Source: Macrostomum hystrix (taxonomy: Eukaryota; Animalia; Platyhelminthes). Taken from it: 64,000 nucleotides of DNA. The notes beneath the pieces were generated by a model. It saw only the letters and a list, made by a program, of their open reading frames with translations, was not told where the DNA came from and did no database searches. Shown piece after piece: positions 61,084-64,000 of this stretch (position 1 is its first letter; every line of letters starts with the position of its first letter). The translations under genes and the position numbers were made by a program. The DNA lies in contig CATNEN010000038.1 of the NCBI GenBank assembly GCA_950097015.1, positions 5,642,001-5,706,000 on the forward strand, read 5' to 3'.

Positions 61084-61134
61084 CTAGGGTTAGGGCTAGG
61101 GTTAGGGCTAGGGTTACGGTTAGGGTTAGGGTTA
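61084..61134 (+). repeat. Interstitial telomere-like tract (TTAGGG/CTAGGG), about 8 units
   Basis: CTAGGGTTAGGGCTAGGGTTAGGGCTAGGGTTACGGTTAGGGTTAGGGTTA. Confidence 0.85.
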
Positions 61135-61529
61135 AGTTGAGTTCTCTCACGGCCGATTGAATTCAGCAAATAAAGAATCTTTCGATTGGAGTTATATTCC
61201 ACCAACTCGTAATAATTTATACTAATATGAATATTTTTCACTTCGCTAGTGACCTGCGGATTTCTCCGACTTTTTACTACGACTTTTTACTACGTACATT
61301 TCACGACAAAATTCTCTGATATACGCCGACCTAGTCCGGCAAATGTTAGAGAAATGTTCATTTTTTGACGGAGAATGTCGTTGAAAATCTGATAATTTTT
61401 TTCAACGGGTAGTTCATATAGGCTTTTTATTTCTTCTTTATGCCACCTTACTCTGTTTTAGCAAAAGCAAAAGATTGTTATACAGCGTGGCCAACAGCGT
61501 CCTTAGAATTAGCAGTTTAAGTACTCGTA

Positions 61530-61620
61530 GCTCTAAAGAGCACTGACGACTTAAATGTCGGGGTTCGATTCCTGACTAAACTGGAACAATTTTCGTCCTT
61601 TAGCAACACACTTGCTACAA
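61530..61620 (+). mobile_element. 5' (tRNA-head) fragment of SINE family A
   Basis: ACGACTTAAATGTCGGGGTTCGATTCCTGACT...AACAATTT...TTTAGCAACACACTTG matches the head of 11762-12071. Confidence 0.7.
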
Positions 61621-61664
61621 CGAGCAAAACGAGCAAAATACCTGGAATTTCTTATTAAACACAA

Positions 61665-62000
61665 GGTGGGTTGTGCCCTATAATCGAGAGCTGTTGCTGA
61701 TGTTCAACTGCCACCTGAACGTTGAAGTTTGCGCGACGGTACGAGCCGTGAAGTACGAGTACATTATTAAATACCTACTGAAGAATGGCGACATGGCCAC
61801 CTTCAAAGTTGACGCTGCGAAGGATTCAGCGAAAGCCCAGACGCCTGCAGCTGCAGCTGAAAGTCAGCCGACAGCTTGTAACAAGCAGCGGCGCACTGCA
61901 GATGAGAAGGCTGCCCAAAGAGCCACGAGACGAAATCGAAGAATATTTGTCTGGTCGCTACATCGGGTCCAGCCAGGAGTGAGGTTGTGAAATCTTTGAG
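61665..62000 (+). mobile_element. Helitron RepHel coding fragment (frameshifted)
   Basis: WVVPYNRELLLMFNCHLNVEVCATVRAVKY..IIKYLLK..D then, in another frame, DEIEEYLSGRYIG. This matches the Helitron Rep motif VPYN..L...F.CHINVE.C.....KY..KY..KG.D...DEI..Y...RY. Confidence 0.85.
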
Positions 62001-62689
62001 GCATAAACCTATGAGGGAGTTACATACATAGGGACCGTGTTGTTGAGTATTCCTTGCCATCAAAATGGAGACGAGCAGAAAACAAATCGGACTCAAACTT
62101 TTCTGCATGAATTGGCTGTTTCCCGTCCCGAGTATTTAGTAGTCCCTGTCGCAACTATACTCAATCAGTAAAATTGAAGAGCACTTATCCGGCCTAGATA
62201 AGCCTGCTAAAGAGAGCTTCGATCGATAGAGACTCAAGTACAGTTGTAGCAAAATGGAACTGAAATCGACAGCTCAAAACGGCATTACCGTCGGCATACA
62301 GGCGGATCCTAATCAAAGCGCATATTTGCATTCATTGGCCCCTTCCAGATAACGTTTGATGAGAGGGATGCTGCTTAACACAGTTAAGTCATAAATCGAG
62401 TATTACGTATTGCGTACATAAAGATAAGTAGAAGGAGATTGCAGCCCTTAAGCTTAGCGTTTTCTGTTTGCTTAAGCCGCGTTGAACTAACAGACCAACT
62501 GACCCCACTTAGTGAATAAAAGTAACATATTTTCATAGATTGACTAAACCGCCAACAACTAGCAGCTAACTGAAGCTGCAGAAAACTTCTAGAACATTTC
62601 GAAAAGGCTTAGCATAGCGTTTTAAATGTTTACAGTTTATAGATGAAAATTCAACGATTGGCAGACAAGTGGCAAATATCTTTGACTTG

Positions 62690-63872
62690 ACTTAACTTGA
62701 CTTAGCTGTAGGGTGGTCCGAAGACAGAGCGAGGCGGGAGTCGTCCCTACGGTCCCCATGCATGCAGATTTCCCAGTCATTAATCTGGCGATTGATGACA
62801 GTGGTTGGCATGGGGACTGCCGGCCCCATGTAAGAGCTGCTGCCTCCTTGTTTGGCAAGGCTGTCAGCGAGCTCGTTTCCACGGAAGCTCATGTGACCGG
62901 GGATCCAGGTAAGCCTGATGGTGTTTTCACCAGCCAGGAGTTTGAGTTGCCGGACACAGTCGGAGACTCCCATACAGTTCTGCGGCGCAGGAGCTGATGG
63001 CAAGGATGTCGTTCTGGAAAACGCTAGAGAGTCTACTAGTGGCTTGAGAGTACGTAGATCTTACTTACTTAATTGCAGGGGGGCCTGGGGCACTTGACGC
63101 ACAAGCGCAGGAACGGCATGCCCCCAGGCCGGCGAACTAGGCGGGAGTCGCCCATCGCGCCATCTAGACCCCTGAACACAGGCACCTCATACACAGCCGC
63201 AAGCCAAGCGGGGAAGGGGGCGGCAGCCGGAGTGCCTCTCACCCCAGGCCCGCACACGCACAGAGCTGACCAAACAAGGGGAGGACTTACATGCCTGAAG
63301 GGTAGGGACGAGAGGACCAAGCCACGCGCGCAGACGGCTGGTGAAACCTCGCCGCTCAGAGCACGCATGGCTGGTGCACACCCGCCCCACCCCCCATACA
63401 ACGCCTCACACCCGGCCCAACGCACAAACACAAACACAAACAAGCAGGCATGCAGAAGGCAGGAGCGAAGCTATTATTTCAAGCTTTGATTGCACGAAAT
63501 ATGGTGCACCTCCGCCGGTCGCTACTGTCCAAACCCCCCCAACAAGTCCCGAAATTAATCGTGACTTGAAGGGTGAATCGAACTAGCGTCCTTTGGAGTG
63601 CGAGGCAGCGACGTTAGCCGCTGACCCACTCGCCCCCCAGTACGTAGATCAGAAGATCGATAATGCAGATGCTGACACCAAAGCCAGTAAGGCGCGCAGT
63701 AGACGCCGCTTCTTTCCGAATATGGATGTGGATATAAATATGGATCCAAAGGCAGCAGGTCGAGGAAGGCATTGAAGCCGTGAAAAGGCGCACAGAGAGG
63801 GGCGTTCAGTACCATGCGGCAAGCTCGCGCCTGCACCCTCTTTATTGCCTCAAGGCAGGTCTCGACTTGCAA
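62690..63872 (-). mobile_element. Decayed RNase H-bearing non-LTR retrotransposon (I/R1/LOA-like) fragment, interrupted by SINE family C
   Basis: IRLTWIPGHMSFRGNELADSLAKQG (RNase H C-terminus) and the post-RT motif IKRVQARACRMVLNAP....F.AFLDLLPLD. Confidence 0.75.
63061..63638 (-). mobile_element. SINE family C, copy 2, (TAAG)n tail, 12-bp TSD AGTACGTAGATC
   Basis: TSD at 63049-63060 and 63639-63650; the first ~180 nt are almost identical to copy 1 at 42796. Confidence 0.9.
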
Positions 63873-64000
63873 GTGCTAAGCTTGATACTTTACGTACCTG
63901 GCTGACCGACTGGTCGCCTGACTAATACCCATTTGATGCAACCTCCAAATTATAGCAATATTAGCGAGTTGCAGAAAATACAGGCATTGGCCGTTCCCCC

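Overview
Eukaryotic (animal) genomic DNA with spliceosomal introns, GC-rich exons, CAG runs and minisatellite-filled introns. The style suggests a free-living flatworm such as Macrostomum, but that is inference only. Genes reconstructed by hand from splice sites and frame continuity are: the 3' end of an SLC22/MFS transporter, a 9-exon long-chain acyl-CoA synthetase, an unknown Gln-rich protein, a 4-EF-hand protein with repeat tails, a CCDC181-like gene, a WD40 protein, a minus-strand gene with 7 tandem CUB exons, and an intronless GPI-type alkaline phosphatase. The last exon of the EF-hand gene is split by a very young, intact Ty3/Gypsy LTR retrotransposon. A 14.1-kb, indel-free 21-bp tandem array occupies 28-42 kb and is stop-free for 4,728 codons on the minus strand. 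Other mobile DNA includes three tRNA-headed SINE families (one with a CORE-like domain), MITE-like inverted-repeat elements, decayed Gypsy, Helitron and RNase H-LINE fragments, and a short TTAGGG-like tract. No new system can be demonstrated from sequence alone. The best leads are the retrotransposon-truncated EF-hand/(HPE)n protein, the giant open satellite, a tandemly multiplied 3' splice site, and a SINE with a near-identical head but divergent structured body.
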